In this document: piece after piece, positions 49,546-59,090 of the stretch
How the letters are laid out: each line of letters begins with the position of its first letter
Position numbering within the stretch: position 1 is the stretch's first letter
Virus record (IMG/VR): IMGVR_UViG_3300035156_000206
Span: 186,001 to 250,000 of that record
DNA length: 64,000 nucleotides
Strand: one strand, 5' to 3'
Notes under the pieces: model-generated
The model's database searches: none
What the model saw: only the letters and a program-made list of their open reading frames with translations
What the model was told of the DNA's origin: nothing
Made by a program: the position numbers and the translations under genes

Positions 49546-50694
49546 TTATTTCCTTTGGATAAGTTTGGTTTGCAACTCTTTTTGCATCTCGGCTACGCGG
49601 TTTGACACGAGCTTACGATGTTTGGCACCTTCTTCGGTGATCTGGAATACTCCCTGGATCCCCGAAATAAGTTCTGATTGGACATGCTCGATCGTTGTTA
49701 GATCGATAATGCCACGCTGACTTTGTTGCGCAACCGCAATGGACGTCTGCTTCAGCTTGGTAGCTGTATCGCGAGCCATTTGGTTGGTAAAGTCATTGAT
49801 TTGGGTTGACAGCTGGGCACCACGAGCTTGCTCGTCTACCATCATCCCGACCATGAACTGACGCTTCCAGTTCGGGACAACGTGTGCCTTCACGAGCTTG
49901 AACTGCTCGATCAGGTGAACACCATTCTGTTGCATCAAGCGAATTGCCGGTGCCGTTTGATAGGCAGCCATTTTCAGGCGCTCGAAGTTCGATGCCTTCA
50001 TGTCGAGACTTACCAAATAGTTCTTGGCATCATTGACTTGTTGGACATCGTAAGGATCTGGGTTGGGGCCAAGGCTGGCTACGAAGGCATCGGTCTCGAC
50101 CTGCAGCTCTTCAATCGCCAAGCGGGAAGCAAGCACGAGCTTGTCCAGAGCATGGTACTGATCCATGTTGGCTTCGTACAGGTCTTCCATGATGTCGAGT
50201 CGCTTGCTGATGCCCGAGGAGAATACATCCACCTCATTGACGATCTTTTCCACCTGGGTGGTAGCCAAATCAAATTGGCCAACGACGCGATCTTTTGTAT
50301 TGCGGAATTTGTCGAGCCAGCCACCAATGACAGGCAGGCGGCTCTTCTGGTTCAGCACACCAATGTTGATACCTTTGGCTGCGATGATGATGTTAGTGAG
50401 CTTGTCACCAACAAAGTCCAAATCGCTGGACTTGCTGTGTTGCAGCATATTGTCTGCCATATCGGCAATACGATCCTGCACATCATCACCGAACGCTACC
50501 AGAGCCGTAGGATCTACCTTCACCAGCTGATCCTTGAGCTTACGGATCTCGGCCATTCCTTCTGAGCTGTACTTGGCCATCGCCGTGTTTAATACAGAAG
50601 GACTACCGTTCAGCGAAGCATTTGTCGCTACAGCGGATGAGCCAAAAGGACTCGATTCGCTTGTGCGCGCAGACTGCGATTTGAACTGTTTCAT
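49546..50694 (-). CDS. telA: Toxic-anion resistance protein TelA/KlaA
   Basis: Coiled coil with L.....E.N...Y..L..., AP.IR..Q.N..L and VP.WK.Q motifs. Confidence 0.88.
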   Translation of the reverse strand: MKQFKSQSARTSESSPFGSSAVATNASLNGSPSVLNTAMAKYSSEGMAEIRKLKDQLVKVDPTALVAFGDDVQDRIADMADNMLQHSKSSDLDFVGDKLTNIIIAAKGINIGVLNQKSRLPVIGGWLDKFRNTKDRVVGQFDLATTQVEKIVNEVDVFSSGISKRLDIMEDLYEANMDQYHALDKLVLASRLAIEELQVETDAFVASLGPNPDPYDVQQVNDAKNYLVSLDMKASNFERLKMAAYQTAPAIRLMQQNGVHLIEQFKLVKAHVVPNWKRQFMVGMMVDEQARGAQLSTQINDFTNQMARDTATKLKQTSIAVAQQSQRGIIDLTTIEHVQSELISGIQGVFQITEEGAKHRKLVSNRVAEMQKELQTKLIQRK

Positions 50695-50781
50695 TCGATC
50701 TCCCTTAACAATGACATCATTATACGGATGGGCTATACGAAAAGTCAACAAATATTTCTGCTAACTTTGAAACTGAAGGGT

Positions 50782-52026
50782 CTAAGCCAGAATTTGTTTC
50801 AGGGAGGTGAACGATTGCTCGATTTCAGCCAATACACCTTTCTTGCGAATGAACTGCTTATCCATCTGCAAGTCGGCGATCTTGGATGCCGAGGATGTCT
50901 CGAGAGCGGACATCAACACAACACATTGCTGTTTCCACGTGGGAACAACTGTCTGCGATATTTGTTGAATTCGATCTGCCTTGTCTTTACTTGCCATCTG
51001 CAACATTCGGATCGCAGGTGCATTCAGAATAACTGAGTGGGCAAGCTTTTCAAGTTCAGTGACCTTACGCTCAAACCGAGTAACACTGTCACGGAAGTAT
51101 GCCAAGTCCTGCCCAGCAAAAATGTTGGTAGTATCGACTGTCTTTTCCATTTCAGGAAGAGTCTTGGTGAGGTGACGTTCTGTAATGATCTTGCCAGCAA
51201 TAACGTGCAGGTTCAATAAGGTGAAGTTGTCACGATTGTTCTTGAATACATCATCAAACGAATCAATCAATTTGAGCAGTTCAGACACGCTAGACTTCAG
51301 TTCCACAACCAGCACGTCCACTCTATTGATATTGTTTTGGAACTTCTGTACAACTTCGTTAACGGAAGGTACGTACGCTCCTTGACGGATCCAACGCATC
51401 AGACCAGATTCTTGTGGAGTGGTGAGGATGGTGGTGAGCTCTTTGGATGCTTCCATTGTGATCAATAGGTCTTGGATCTTGTCATTGACCTGGGAAGTCT
51501 TACCAGATGTCTGCTCTTTGATGATCCCATCGATCAGCGTACCAAACCGAACGCGCTGCTCGTCGGAATAATGCAACACGTAGGATGCGTCTGCAATGTC
51601 GGCAGCATCAACGATGTTACGTACTCGAGCTATGTCTTTGTGGGAGAGTTTAACACAAAGTGGGTGGTCGCGGTAGAATGGATCCACCACATCAACACCA
51701 ACAGCTTTACTCGGGAAAAGTACTTTCCCGGCAGTGCCCTTGGGAGCAGGCTTAGGTATAGGTATAGGTATAGGTATAGGGGATTTTGGTGCCCGTTCGA
51801 GTTCCATCCGCTTCTGCAATTCCTCCCGGACCATGCGCCGTTGTTCTTCGAGGCGCAGATGTTCTTCGTTGGTCATTACCGATTTGGTAGGATCGTCTAC
51901 AACAGGAGAAGGCTTTGGTGCTGGAGTAGGCATAGTCCGCGCAGGAGCGGACTTGAATACCTGCTTCGGTTTGTTTGGTTGTGCCATGGTCGTTACTTTA
52001 TTTGGGAAGAGCGGTTTCGGTTCCAT
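50782..52026 (-). CDS. Divergent TelA paralogue with a Pro/Lys-rich N-terminus
   Basis: F.NN..N...L...I.AG, APAIR..Q and VPTWKQQ mirror the adjacent TelA. Confidence 0.7.
   Translation of the reverse strand: MEPKPLFPNKVTTMAQPNKPKQVFKSAPARTMPTPAPKPSPVVDDPTKSVMTNEEHLRLEEQRRMVREELQKRMELERAPKSPIPIPIPIPKPAPKGTAGKVLFPSKAVGVDVVDPFYRDHPLCVKLSHKDIARVRNIVDAADIADASYVLHYSDEQRVRFGTLIDGIIKEQTSGKTSQVNDKIQDLLITMEASKELTTILTTPQESGLMRWIRQGAYVPSVNEVVQKFQNNINRVDVLVVELKSSVSELLKLIDSFDDVFKNNRDNFTLLNLHVIAGKIITERHLTKTLPEMEKTVDTTNIFAGQDLAYFRDSVTRFERKVTELEKLAHSVILNAPAIRMLQMASKDKADRIQQISQTVVPTWKQQCVVLMSALETSSASKIADLQMDKQFIRKKGVLAEIEQSFTSLKQILA
51753..51780 (+). repeat. In-frame hexanucleotide tandem repeat (TAGGTA)4+
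   Basis: Encodes PIPIPIPKP in the TelA paralogue. Confidence 0.85.
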
Positions 52027-52039
52027 TACACAACTTTGG

Positions 52040-52510
52040 TTACTTCCCTGAGGCTAATTTGTAGATGTCGAGCCAAGTGCCCTCGTGGTAGATCTTTTCG
52101 ACCGTCACTGGGTTGATAATCGTCTCGCTGTGTATTGGAGGAGTGAAATCCACCGCAGCATTGCCGGTCACTTCACGGGCGGCAATACGCTCTGGTTCCA
52201 CAAGCATTACGATGTATGAGGACTTTTTGCCAGTGATCTTAATAACATCACCTGGCTTAAGCTGAGTTACAGCCCAACGGCCGCAAATGGATTGCATGGT
52301 AGCTTTCCGGGCAGTTTTGGCGGCAGCAGCTTTCTCGCGCACCTTGTTCCAGCCATTAGCTTTTTCGCTGATGTGTTCGTCTAACATCACATTCAATGCC
52401 TTCTTGAAGGCAACCATCTGACCTTTGTTCTTGAAAGGCAAAGACTTAAATCGGCCTACCATTCCTTGAATGATAGTTGCATGTGGTACTACTTTTGTTT
52501 CGTCAGTCAT
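52040..52510 (-). CDS. Hypothetical protein
   Basis: 156 aa; AAGGA RBS; TTGACT-17-TACAGT promoter upstream. Confidence 0.65.
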   Translation of the reverse strand: MTDETKVVPHATIIQGMVGRFKSLPFKNKGQMVAFKKALNVMLDEHISEKANGWNKVREKAAAAKTARKATMQSICGRWAVTQLKPGDVIKITGKKSSYIVMLVEPERIAAREVTGNAAVDFTPPIHSETIINPVTVEKIYHEGTWLDIYKLASGK

Positions 52511-52580
52511 GATGTCCTTTAGGGAATCGCTTCACAATTACCTATACTGTAAAGCAATTCCTCTTAATAGTCAACAAAAA

Positions 52581-52913
52581 TTAGCAGGTGAGAATGTTCT
52601 TCCCAATGCCTGGCATCATCGGTGGATTGACGTCTACTGGATGATACGGAAACTGTGGGTACACCGGGAGGACATTAGGTGATGGTGCCTGCTTGTCAAT
52701 CTCCTTCATCAGGCGCTGAAGCGCTTCATTAGGAGACACCTTAACTGTACCTGGTGCTACTACCGCTGCTGGCTTAGCCAATGGCGGTGTTGTTTTTGTC
52801 AACACAGTGTCCAAATGTTGACAAATCGATAACCATTGCTCTGGTGTAGGGACTTTGTCCCCCGCCAGCTCAACGAAACCTGTTAACCAATATGCGAATT
52901 GTTCTGGGTTCAT
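52581..52913 (-). CDS. Hypothetical phage protein (MNPEQFAYWL.GF.E)
   Basis: ATGA overlap with the RNA ligase stop. Confidence 0.7.
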   Translation of the reverse strand: MNPEQFAYWLTGFVELAGDKVPTPEQWLSICQHLDTVLTKTTPPLAKPAAVVAPGTVKVSPNEALQRLMKEIDKQAPSPNVLPVYPQFPYHPVDVNPPMMPGIGKNILTC

Positions 52914-53941
52914 GCTATTTCCTTTCCGATGTTTGCGATATACCAATCTTTACCTACACGATTGACCTTGCCCATTACTTCTTTTGCGACCAGACCACTT
53001 GCTTCAATGGTATCCAGTTCTTCTTTGATGACGTCCGAACCCAGGAACTTCAGGAATGTTCCGATGTTCTTCACATCATCAGCATCTAGGCCCATTTCGA
53101 CCACTTTGCCCTTCATCTGCATCAGACGGTTCTCCGTAACCACTTTGGTTGCGAATTCGTTGATGCTGTTGACCTTCTCCACATCCACCTCAGCCAGAAC
53201 TTTGACCTTCGATGCCGAGTGCTTCTCGCCTTTTACTTTGAACAGAAGTCCACGCTGGTAAAAACGCTCGTCTGTGTCTACACAGCTCCAAACAATGCCT
53301 TCACCTACGCCATTGTCAACGCCAAAGTGCTTAGCTACTGGGCACTCTGTTTCGACCTCAATTGTCAGTTCAACCAGTTTGTTTTGGCTCAGCTCAGGGT
53401 TGGTGAAATCAATGTCCATCTCCCAAGTTGGGAATTCGAAGATTGAGTACACGTTCTGTGAACTGAATGCTTCGCCCATTGCTGAGAAGAGTTCGTCCTG
53501 GATGTTTTTGCCTAGGTAGCGAGTTGTTTCGCCCGTGCCGTGACGGATACCAAAGATCACAAACATCTTTGGTAAGCCACTGATCCCAACACCCTTTTGG
53601 ATGTTGCCACCGCACCACTCACCGTAGATCGTGAGGGTTTCATCAGTACCCAGGCCGGCCAGTTGGCGGATATTGCCGAAAGCCAGTTCCCACATTGCTG
53701 TACGGGTGTGGACATACTGAGCAAACCCTGCATTGTCACTTTCAGGTGTGATGATGCGCTCACGCGATTGAGCCCAAAGTACACCGGACTCTTGCACCAC
53801 TGACGAATTGGTTCCGTGCAGCTTAACAGTTCCACGGAACTTCAGCACCGGAGCTGGGATTGTGTGATAGTTGCACATATCACGGACGTGTTTGACGATC
53901 GAGCGAAATTGGTCGATCGATGGGTATTTAATGTGTTCCAT
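52910..53941 (-). CDS. Rnl2-like RNA ligase
   Basis: KLHGTN (motif I), RERI, YGEWCG, FVIF, GEGIV and LFKVK nucleotidyltransferase motifs; AAGGAG RBS. Confidence 0.85.
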   Translation of the reverse strand: MEHIKYPSIDQFRSIVKHVRDMCNYHTIPAPVLKFRGTVKLHGTNSSVVQESGVLWAQSRERIITPESDNAGFAQYVHTRTAMWELAFGNIRQLAGLGTDETLTIYGEWCGGNIQKGVGISGLPKMFVIFGIRHGTGETTRYLGKNIQDELFSAMGEAFSSQNVYSIFEFPTWEMDIDFTNPELSQNKLVELTIEVETECPVAKHFGVDNGVGEGIVWSCVDTDERFYQRGLLFKVKGEKHSASKVKVLAEVDVEKVNSINEFATKVVTENRLMQMKGKVVEMGLDADDVKNIGTFLKFLGSDVIKEELDTIEASGLVAKEVMGKVNRVGKDWYIANIGKEIA

Positions 53942-53943
53942 GG

Positions 53944-54144
53944 TCATTCTCCTTGTTTGGGGACCCAATAAAATATGGGATTGTTTCGTTTGTGTTGGCG
54001 TTGCCGCTCTTCTACGCCGTACCAATAGGTGCCGCTCCATTCCATCAGAAAGCTCACCACTCCACACCGCAGTTGCATCACTACAATATAATGCCCCGGG
54101 TTGATTGGTGTTCTTTCGTATATCCCAAAGCGGCGGTTACTCAT
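53944..54144 (-). CDS. Small hypothetical protein
   Basis: 66 aa, packed between neighbouring genes. Confidence 0.5.
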   Translation of the reverse strand: MSNRRFGIYERTPINPGHYIVVMQLRCGVVSFLMEWSGTYWYGVEERQRQHKRNNPIFYWVPKQGE

Positions 54145-54503
54145 TTTGAATTGTGCTGATCGTACCAGCTCACATGGAAGTGATCATCAACCGTCTGCAC
54201 AATATCGCTCACATTGAATCGCAACGCTTGTTGGATATTGGCAAACAGCGTCTTCGCATCATCTCCAAACCACAAAAATCCATAGCCTGGTAACCCATAG
54301 TTGGTATTTGGCTTGATGATGCCGCTGAACCGATCGCACACCAACTCCAGATGTTTGCCTTGTACTTCAATTGACTCGACTTGTTCCGGACGAATCCACG
54401 TCTTGAATTGTGCGATCACTGTCTCGTACTCTTCTCGCTTGTACTCGTATGGAAGGTCCGAGAGCGTTACTCCACGACCACCTTCTGTAGTGACGATGAT
54501 CAT
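54141..54503 (-). CDS. Hypothetical protein
   Basis: 120 aa; ATGA coupled. Confidence 0.6.
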   Translation of the reverse strand: MIIVTTEGGRGVTLSDLPYEYKREEYETVIAQFKTWIRPEQVESIEVQGKHLELVCDRFSGIIKPNTNYGLPGYGFLWFGDDAKTLFANIQQALRFNVSDIVQTVDDHFHVSWYDQHNSK

Positions 54504-55033
54504 TCTGGTACCCTGTCAGCTACACTATCTCCCACCGGGTCAAACTGCAGCAGGAAGTTGAGCACTTGAGCCCAGCTCTGGTATTCGTTCTGGTGACCAT
54601 AAGTCAACAGAGTGCCAGCAAACTCTTCGATGTGAGCCTTGTGTGGCCGATCATCGATCAGGAAGTCCCGCTGGGTACCAAGAGTACCTTTATTTGGGGT
54701 GATGATCACACTTTTGAACAGCTCAGGGATGTGCTCTTGGACCCAGAACAGCTTTTCGGCCGCTGCATACGGGTTATCATGAGGAATCTTGGTAGCGATC
54801 CAGACATCAAACCCATGAGCGATCAGGATGCGTATGCTGTCGATTGCGTGAGGAAGGGGCTTCAGATTGCGGTATGCACCAGGACGAAGTTTGAACTCTT
54901 CAGAGGTAAGACCGGATTTGTCTCGGCATGAGCCGAAGTCAGCAGTGACACCATCAAGGTCAACGAAGACGCGACGGGCGCCACCATTGTAGCCTTTGGC
55001 GGTATAGAATTTGCGACGGGTAATGTTGGACAT
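54500..55033 (-). CDS. 5'(3')-deoxyribonucleotidase (HAD, NT5C-like)
   Basis: VFVDLDGV.ADF, EK..WV..H, NK and LIDD motifs; TTGACA-17-TATAGT promoter upstream. Confidence 0.88.
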   Translation of the reverse strand: MSNITRRKFYTAKGYNGGARRVFVDLDGVTADFGSCRDKSGLTSEEFKLRPGAYRNLKPLPHAIDSIRILIAHGFDVWIATKIPHDNPYAAAEKLFWVQEHIPELFKSVIITPNKGTLGTQRDFLIDDRPHKAHIEEFAGTLLTYGHQNEYQSWAQVLNFLLQFDPVGDSVADRVPE

Positions 55034-55104
55034 CGATGTCTCTCAGGTTGTTTGTTCCAGATGGAACTATACGACAACCTGATCAACATGTCAACTGAGG
55101 GAAA

Positions 55105-55299
55105 CTACTTTTTCTTTGGAAAGGTGTCTAACCAGCACTCGTGGACGAACGGAGGCACTTGAGTCGTAGGCTCAGAGCGACCATTGCACAACAGTTGCAT
55201 GGTAGTTACTTGCCAATAAATCTTGAAGCATAGCAGGACAGCAATGATGCATGAGACAGCAAAGACTAGGCCAGCAAAGACGCGTAGAAGCTTCTTCAT
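55105..55299 (-). CDS. Small membrane-anchored protein
   Basis: One hydrophobic helix; GGAGG RBS. Confidence 0.6.
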   Translation of the reverse strand: MKKLLRVFAGLVFAVSCIIAVLLCFKIYWQVTTMQLLCNGRSEPTTQVPPFVHECWLDTFPKKK

Positions 55300-55360
55300 A
55301 ATGTACCTCCATATTTAGGGTATATTGGTATATAGTACCATATCCCTAAACAATGGACGG

Positions 55361-55385
55361 AAAAAAAGCCCCGAAGGGCTTTTTT
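55361..55385 (-). terminator. Terminator identical to that at 46232
   Basis: A7-GCCCCGAAGGGC-T6. Confidence 0.88.
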
Positions 55386-55391
55386 GATGTC

Positions 55392-55820
55392 TTAGTGAAT
55401 GCGCTTGTATCCACGTTTCAGGCGAGCAAGTGCCAGATCCTTGTGTTCTTGTTTTGTTACAGATCCCCACTTCCGGCCTAGGTGATTATCCCACAACCCA
55501 CTTCCATACGGCGTGAAGTATTTGTCCCAGGCTTCTTTACCAAACAGATACTCTGCAGCGTCCTCTTGATACATCTCTTCGCCATTGGCAAGCTTGAGAT
55601 ATACTTGGCCTTGGCTCAGAAACAATCCTTGAGCAGTGAAGTATGGGTGCATGGACAGCCAACCAAACGTACAACCAATAGTACCACATGTTGGTTTGGT
55701 TGTACGATTGTTTGAACAGATTTTGTCCAGGTCAAAGTTCTTAGGTGGGATACCACCGACAATCGAAAAAGCTACCGCAAGGTTTTCCTTGCGGACGGCC
55801 ATAGGCAACATCTTGGTCAT
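55392..55820 (-). CDS. CGTxGC-motif protein, paralogue 3 of 3
   Basis: ENLAVAFSIVGGIP, CGTIGCTFGWL and LALARLKRGY. Confidence 0.7.
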   Translation of the reverse strand: MTKMLPMAVRKENLAVAFSIVGGIPPKNFDLDKICSNNRTTKPTCGTIGCTFGWLSMHPYFTAQGLFLSQGQVYLKLANGEEMYQEDAAEYLFGKEAWDKYFTPYGSGLWDNHLGRKWGSVTKQEHKDLALARLKRGYKRIH

Positions 55821-56329
55821 TTTGGAACTTCCAGTTTGGAGTTGAACTTCGAGTAGTAACCACGCTTAAGACGAGCTAGGGCAAGTGCTTTATGTTCCTG
55901 TTGGGTCCCACTGCCATAATCTTTGGGCTGGTTTAGTTCTTTGAGTAGAAACTTATCAGCTGCACCATCCCCGTATGCATCGAAGAATCGATTGAAGGCA
56001 CGCCGTCCAAACAAGCGTTGTGCAATTAATTCAACGTCGGTGCCGTAACCGTACCCATAACCATGTGGGTTATCAGCAGTATCAATCACACTGCCGTTGC
56101 GCAGCCCCAGTCCTTGGGCAGTAAAGTACGGGTGAATAGCTAGCCATCCCAAGGTACACCCAATGGTACCACAGCGGTGCTTACTGGCAACCTCAATATC
56201 TTCTGGTTTTTGGACCTTGTAACTATTACAGAAAGTGTCCAGATTGAACTGTTCTGGCGGAATACCACCAATGATGGAATAGGCTACGGCGATGTTTTCG
56301 CGTTGTTGTTCCGGTGTAATACGTTTCAT
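55817..56329 (-). CDS. CGTxGC-motif protein, paralogue 2 of 3
   Basis: ENIAVAYSIIGGIP, CGTIGCTLGWL and LALARLKRGYYSKFNSKLEVPK. Confidence 0.7.
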   Translation of the reverse strand: MKRITPEQQRENIAVAYSIIGGIPPEQFNLDTFCNSYKVQKPEDIEVASKHRCGTIGCTLGWLAIHPYFTAQGLGLRNGSVIDTADNPHGYGYGYGTDVELIAQRLFGRRAFNRFFDAYGDGAADKFLLKELNQPKDYGSGTQQEHKALALARLKRGYYSKFNSKLEVPK

Positions 56330-56807
56330 TTTGGGACTTCCAGTTTGGAGTTGAACTTCGAGTAGTAGCCACGCTTCAGCCGTGCAAGAGCTAGCGTCTT
56401 TTGTTGTTCTTTGGTGGCATCATGATCACAGTACTCATGATCATATGGAAGACCCAACTCCTTGCACAATGCAGAATCAGCCGAACCACCACCATACGGC
56501 TCAAAGAAACGCTTGAATGCGCGGCGCCCGAACAGTGCATCAGCAATGTAAACTACATTGACCTTCTGGTAATAATACTTGTCCTGGTCACCATCACGAA
56601 TTACTTCGCCTTGGTGCAAGCGGATACCTTGGGACACAAAGTGTGGGTGAGTAGCGAGCCAGCCTAACGTACAACCAGTTGAGCCACAAGACTTTACAAT
56701 GTCTTCTGCTGTTGTGGCACTTGATGTGCTACAAAAACTGTCTAGGTCGAAGTGCTTCGCTGGGATACCACCAATGATGGAATAGGCTACGGCAATGTTT
56801 TCGCGTT
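55817..56807. repeat. Near-identical direct repeats at the paralogue ends
   Basis: 55817-55867 vs 56326-56376 (51 nt, 2 mismatches); 56262-56304 vs 56765-56807 (43 nt, 1 mismatch). Confidence 0.85.
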
Positions 56808-56832
56808 TTTGTGCTGCGGAGAGTCGTTTCAT
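56326..56832 (-). CDS. CGTxGC-motif protein, paralogue 1 of 3
   Basis: ENIAVAYSIIGGIP, CGSTGCTLGWL and the same C-terminus as paralogue 2. Confidence 0.7.
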   Translation of the reverse strand: MKRLSAAQKRENIAVAYSIIGGIPAKHFDLDSFCSTSSATTAEDIVKSCGSTGCTLGWLATHPHFVSQGIRLHQGEVIRDGDQDKYYYQKVNVVYIADALFGRRAFKRFFEPYGGGSADSALCKELGLPYDHEYCDHDATKEQQKTLALARLKRGYYSKFNSKLEVPK

Positions 56833-57059
56833 AATTTGAGTCCAATTTGTTGAAGACAGATGCAAACTGTAGATGAAACAAAACTACAAGTCAACAACTT
56901 TTTGTTCAAGTTGCGACTGAAGCTCACGGATTGTGTACAACAGCTGGTCAACTATGATCTCGTGGTCTGTATGGTACACAAGATGTCCATGAGCAGCAGG
57001 GAGAACACATTCAACTACATCTGGGTTGGTATCGTACCGGGTGATATCTGGTGCTTCGA

Positions 57060-57278
57060 TCATGTGTGTAGGAACTTTTTGTAAAAGGCTTCGAAATGGC
57101 GTTCACAAGCAATCAGCACCATCTCTTCTTCGGATGGGCGACCTTTTAGTGACTTACGGCGACGGCGGATCTCTTCGAAATCCTGCTGCATCTTGGAATA
57201 GAACTCCTTATCAAAGAAGTCCTTGTTGGGCATGGGAGGCTTATAAGGCTTCTCGTGCTCTTCTTTACTTGGCTTCAT
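57060..57278 (-). CDS. Small basic hypothetical protein
   Basis: 72 aa; overlaps the upstream ORF end. Confidence 0.45.
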   Translation of the reverse strand: MKPSKEEHEKPYKPPMPNKDFFDKEFYSKMQQDFEEIRRRRKSLKGRPSEEEMVLIACERHFEAFYKKFLHT

Positions 57279-57507
57279 TTCGTGCCTTCATCCATTCAGA
57301 ACATTGCAAATGGCCTCCACGTGAATCCAACCGTGGGATGATGCCACCGAACATCCCGCCGCTGATATACTGCAAGCCAGTCCGCTGATCGGTGTAGACG
57401 GTCAGCCCACTACGACGTCTCCCAGTCTTTGGGTCACTATCGTCCCGTGGGGCAAGGCGGCCATTGATCACCATTACGACAATGACAACCACAATCAAAT
57501 AAAACAT
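57265..57507 (-). CDS. Small membrane-anchored protein (DDSD....RSGL.VYTD..TG.QY)
   Basis: Hydrophobic N-terminus; AAGGA RBS. Confidence 0.65.
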   Translation of the reverse strand: MFYLIVVVIVVMVINGRLAPRDDSDPKTGRRRSGLTVYTDQRTGLQYISGGMFGGIIPRLDSRGGHLQCSEWMKARNEAK

Positions 57508-57515
57508 GCTGTTCC

Positions 57516-57779
57516 TTAAATTGAACCATCGATCATTGTGAATTTGGTATACTTCATTGATGCTTCAGAAAAGGTATCGTACGACACACTTTCAAACTCA
57601 ACATCAATGATGTTCATATTACGCAGCTTGCTCCAACGAGACAACCGCTTTTGTGATGAGGCTACAGTCCTCGCTTGCACGAACAGGTGATTCTTACCCA
57701 CACCATTTGAATACACAAACCATTGCATTGCACTATTCCTTTGTTTCGGGCATTTCGTGAGTTGACCAGGCTTTGCCAT
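57516..57779 (-). CDS. Small hypothetical protein
   Basis: 87-aa ORF in the operon. Confidence 0.45.
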   Translation of the reverse strand: MAKPGQLTKCPKQRNSAMQWFVYSNGVGKNHLFVQARTVASSQKRLSRWSKLRNMNIIDVEFESVSYDTFSEASMKYTKFTMIDGSI

Positions 57780-57893
57780 CCCATTTCCAAAGCTTACCCC
57801 AGATTACCATTTCCATCGGAAATACAACTGGTGGTAGGGTTGGCGCTTTTGGTAAATTGCCCATCATTATGTTGAACATGCTCAGACCGGACA

Positions 57894-58085
57894 TCATGAT
57901 TGTTCCTTTGGAACATAGATCACACCACTCTTGCCCTTGTCCTGGATTTGTGCAACGCCCTCAACTTCGTAGTTGTCTTCGTTGACGCGCTTATATGTGA
58001 AGCCCCCGTATTCGGAGGTATCTTCAATGATGTTCTGTTTGATCTTCTCGATGATGTCGAGTAGGGCGAATTTGTCGATTAGCAT
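57894..58085 (-). CDS. Small hypothetical protein
   Basis: 63 aa; coupled to neighbours. Confidence 0.5.
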   Translation of the reverse strand: MLIDKFALLDIIEKIKQNIIEDTSEYGGFTYKRVNEDNYEVEGVAQIQDKGKSGVIYVPKEQS

Positions 58086-58297
58086 GAGGCAGCCTGTATG
58101 AGTTGTACGTTGCGGATCACATCTTGGGCACGCATCTCTTTTAGAACAGCACCAACACGGACACGAGTGGGAAGCGACAGCGTCTGCTCCTTCCAGGTAT
58201 TACCTGATTTGGTCTCGTATGTGATGACGTGTTTATCGATAGTTTGCTTGGACATTTGTGGCTCCGTGATTGAATTTGTGCAATAATCATAGAACAA
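58079..58297 (-). CDS. Small hypothetical protein (true start probably MSKQ)
   Basis: GGAG RBS before MSKQ; TTGTCT-17-TATGAT promoter at 58286-58314. Confidence 0.5.
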   Translation of the reverse strand: MFYDYCTNSITEPQMSKQTIDKHVITYETKSGNTWKEQTLSLPTRVRVGAVLKEMRAQDVIRNVQLIQAASC

Positions 58298-58390
58298 AAC
58301 ACAGAATGAGACAACAAATTTTGCTGTGGATTCAGCTGAATGCCAAAATCGTTAGATAGCTTGTAAGCAGGGGAAATGTAAAATGTTCGG

Positions 58391-58879
58391 CTATTCGATT
58401 GAAGCCTGAAGGTAGTTGATGGCTGATTGGAGCCGCAGAATATCGTCCTTAGCCAATCCAATCATCTTATTGCACTTACCACATAATAGCCCACGCACAT
58501 TACCTGTACTATGGCAATGATCTAAGTTGGCGGCTGTAGATTGGTTTCCTGTCCCAATGAACAGTTGAAAACATATTGCACATTTGTGATCTTGTTTTGC
58601 CAACAAAGTGGCATGTTGCTCTAATGTGATCCCATAGTTTCGGAGCAAGTGATTACGACGGGTAGAGAGTTTGACTTGGTCTGTCTGAAGGTATTCTTGA
58701 TAGTTCTTGCTGGCTCTGTACTTAGCCCTGGCTGCGGTCTTGGCCTCAGAAGGAATGTAGGTGCATTCAATACACCTGCCAGAGACGTGGCGCTCACCTA
58801 TGTGACCACGCTTGCATGGTGTGGTTGACATGTATTTGGTTAAGCCTGCAGCAATGGCTTGTTGTCTTGGTGAATTCAT
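58391..58879 (-). mobile_element. HNH / endonuclease-VII-type homing endonuclease
   Basis: CKRGH...RCIEC, YGITLE, Q...CAIC and DHCHSTG.VRGLLC..CN..IG motifs. Confidence 0.88.
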
Positions 58880-58905
58880 TATTGCTTTCCGGTTCTGGAA
58901 TAGGT

Positions 58906-58936
58906 GAAGGCCCGACACTAACCTGGCCGGGCCTTC
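58906..58936 (-). terminator. Strong hairpin between the RNA modules and the HNH gene
   Basis: GAAGGCCCG-13nt-CGGGCCTTC 9-bp stem; no U-tract, so it may be a processing or protective stem. Confidence 0.6.
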
Positions 58937-58947
58937 TATTTGATTTG

Positions 58948-59067
58948 ATGACAAGTCAATGTGTTTACCAATTTCACCAACCCCGCATCAGAAGTACTCT
59001 GCTGATGCAACGCACTTTTGGTGCGGGGTGAAGGACTCGAACCTCCAAGGAGTTAACTATATGTCAT
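58948..59067 (-). ncRNA. Circularly permuted tRNA-like module B
   Basis: 5'-ATGACA-tata-GTTAA-ctcctt-[GGAGG TTCGAGT CCTTC]-ACCCCGC-A-CCA-linker-GCGGGGT-TG-[GTG AAATTGGTAAA CAC]-A-TTGAC-t-TGTCAT; the acceptor strands pair 7/7. Confidence 0.75.
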
Positions 59068-59090
59068 TGGTTCCAGATTATGTATCACGT

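Noticed and set aside
58391-58986. Group I intron in a tRNA carrying the HNH gene
   Set aside because: No T-arm/CCA 3' half is visible after the HNH stop, and the 5' half already has its partner upstream.
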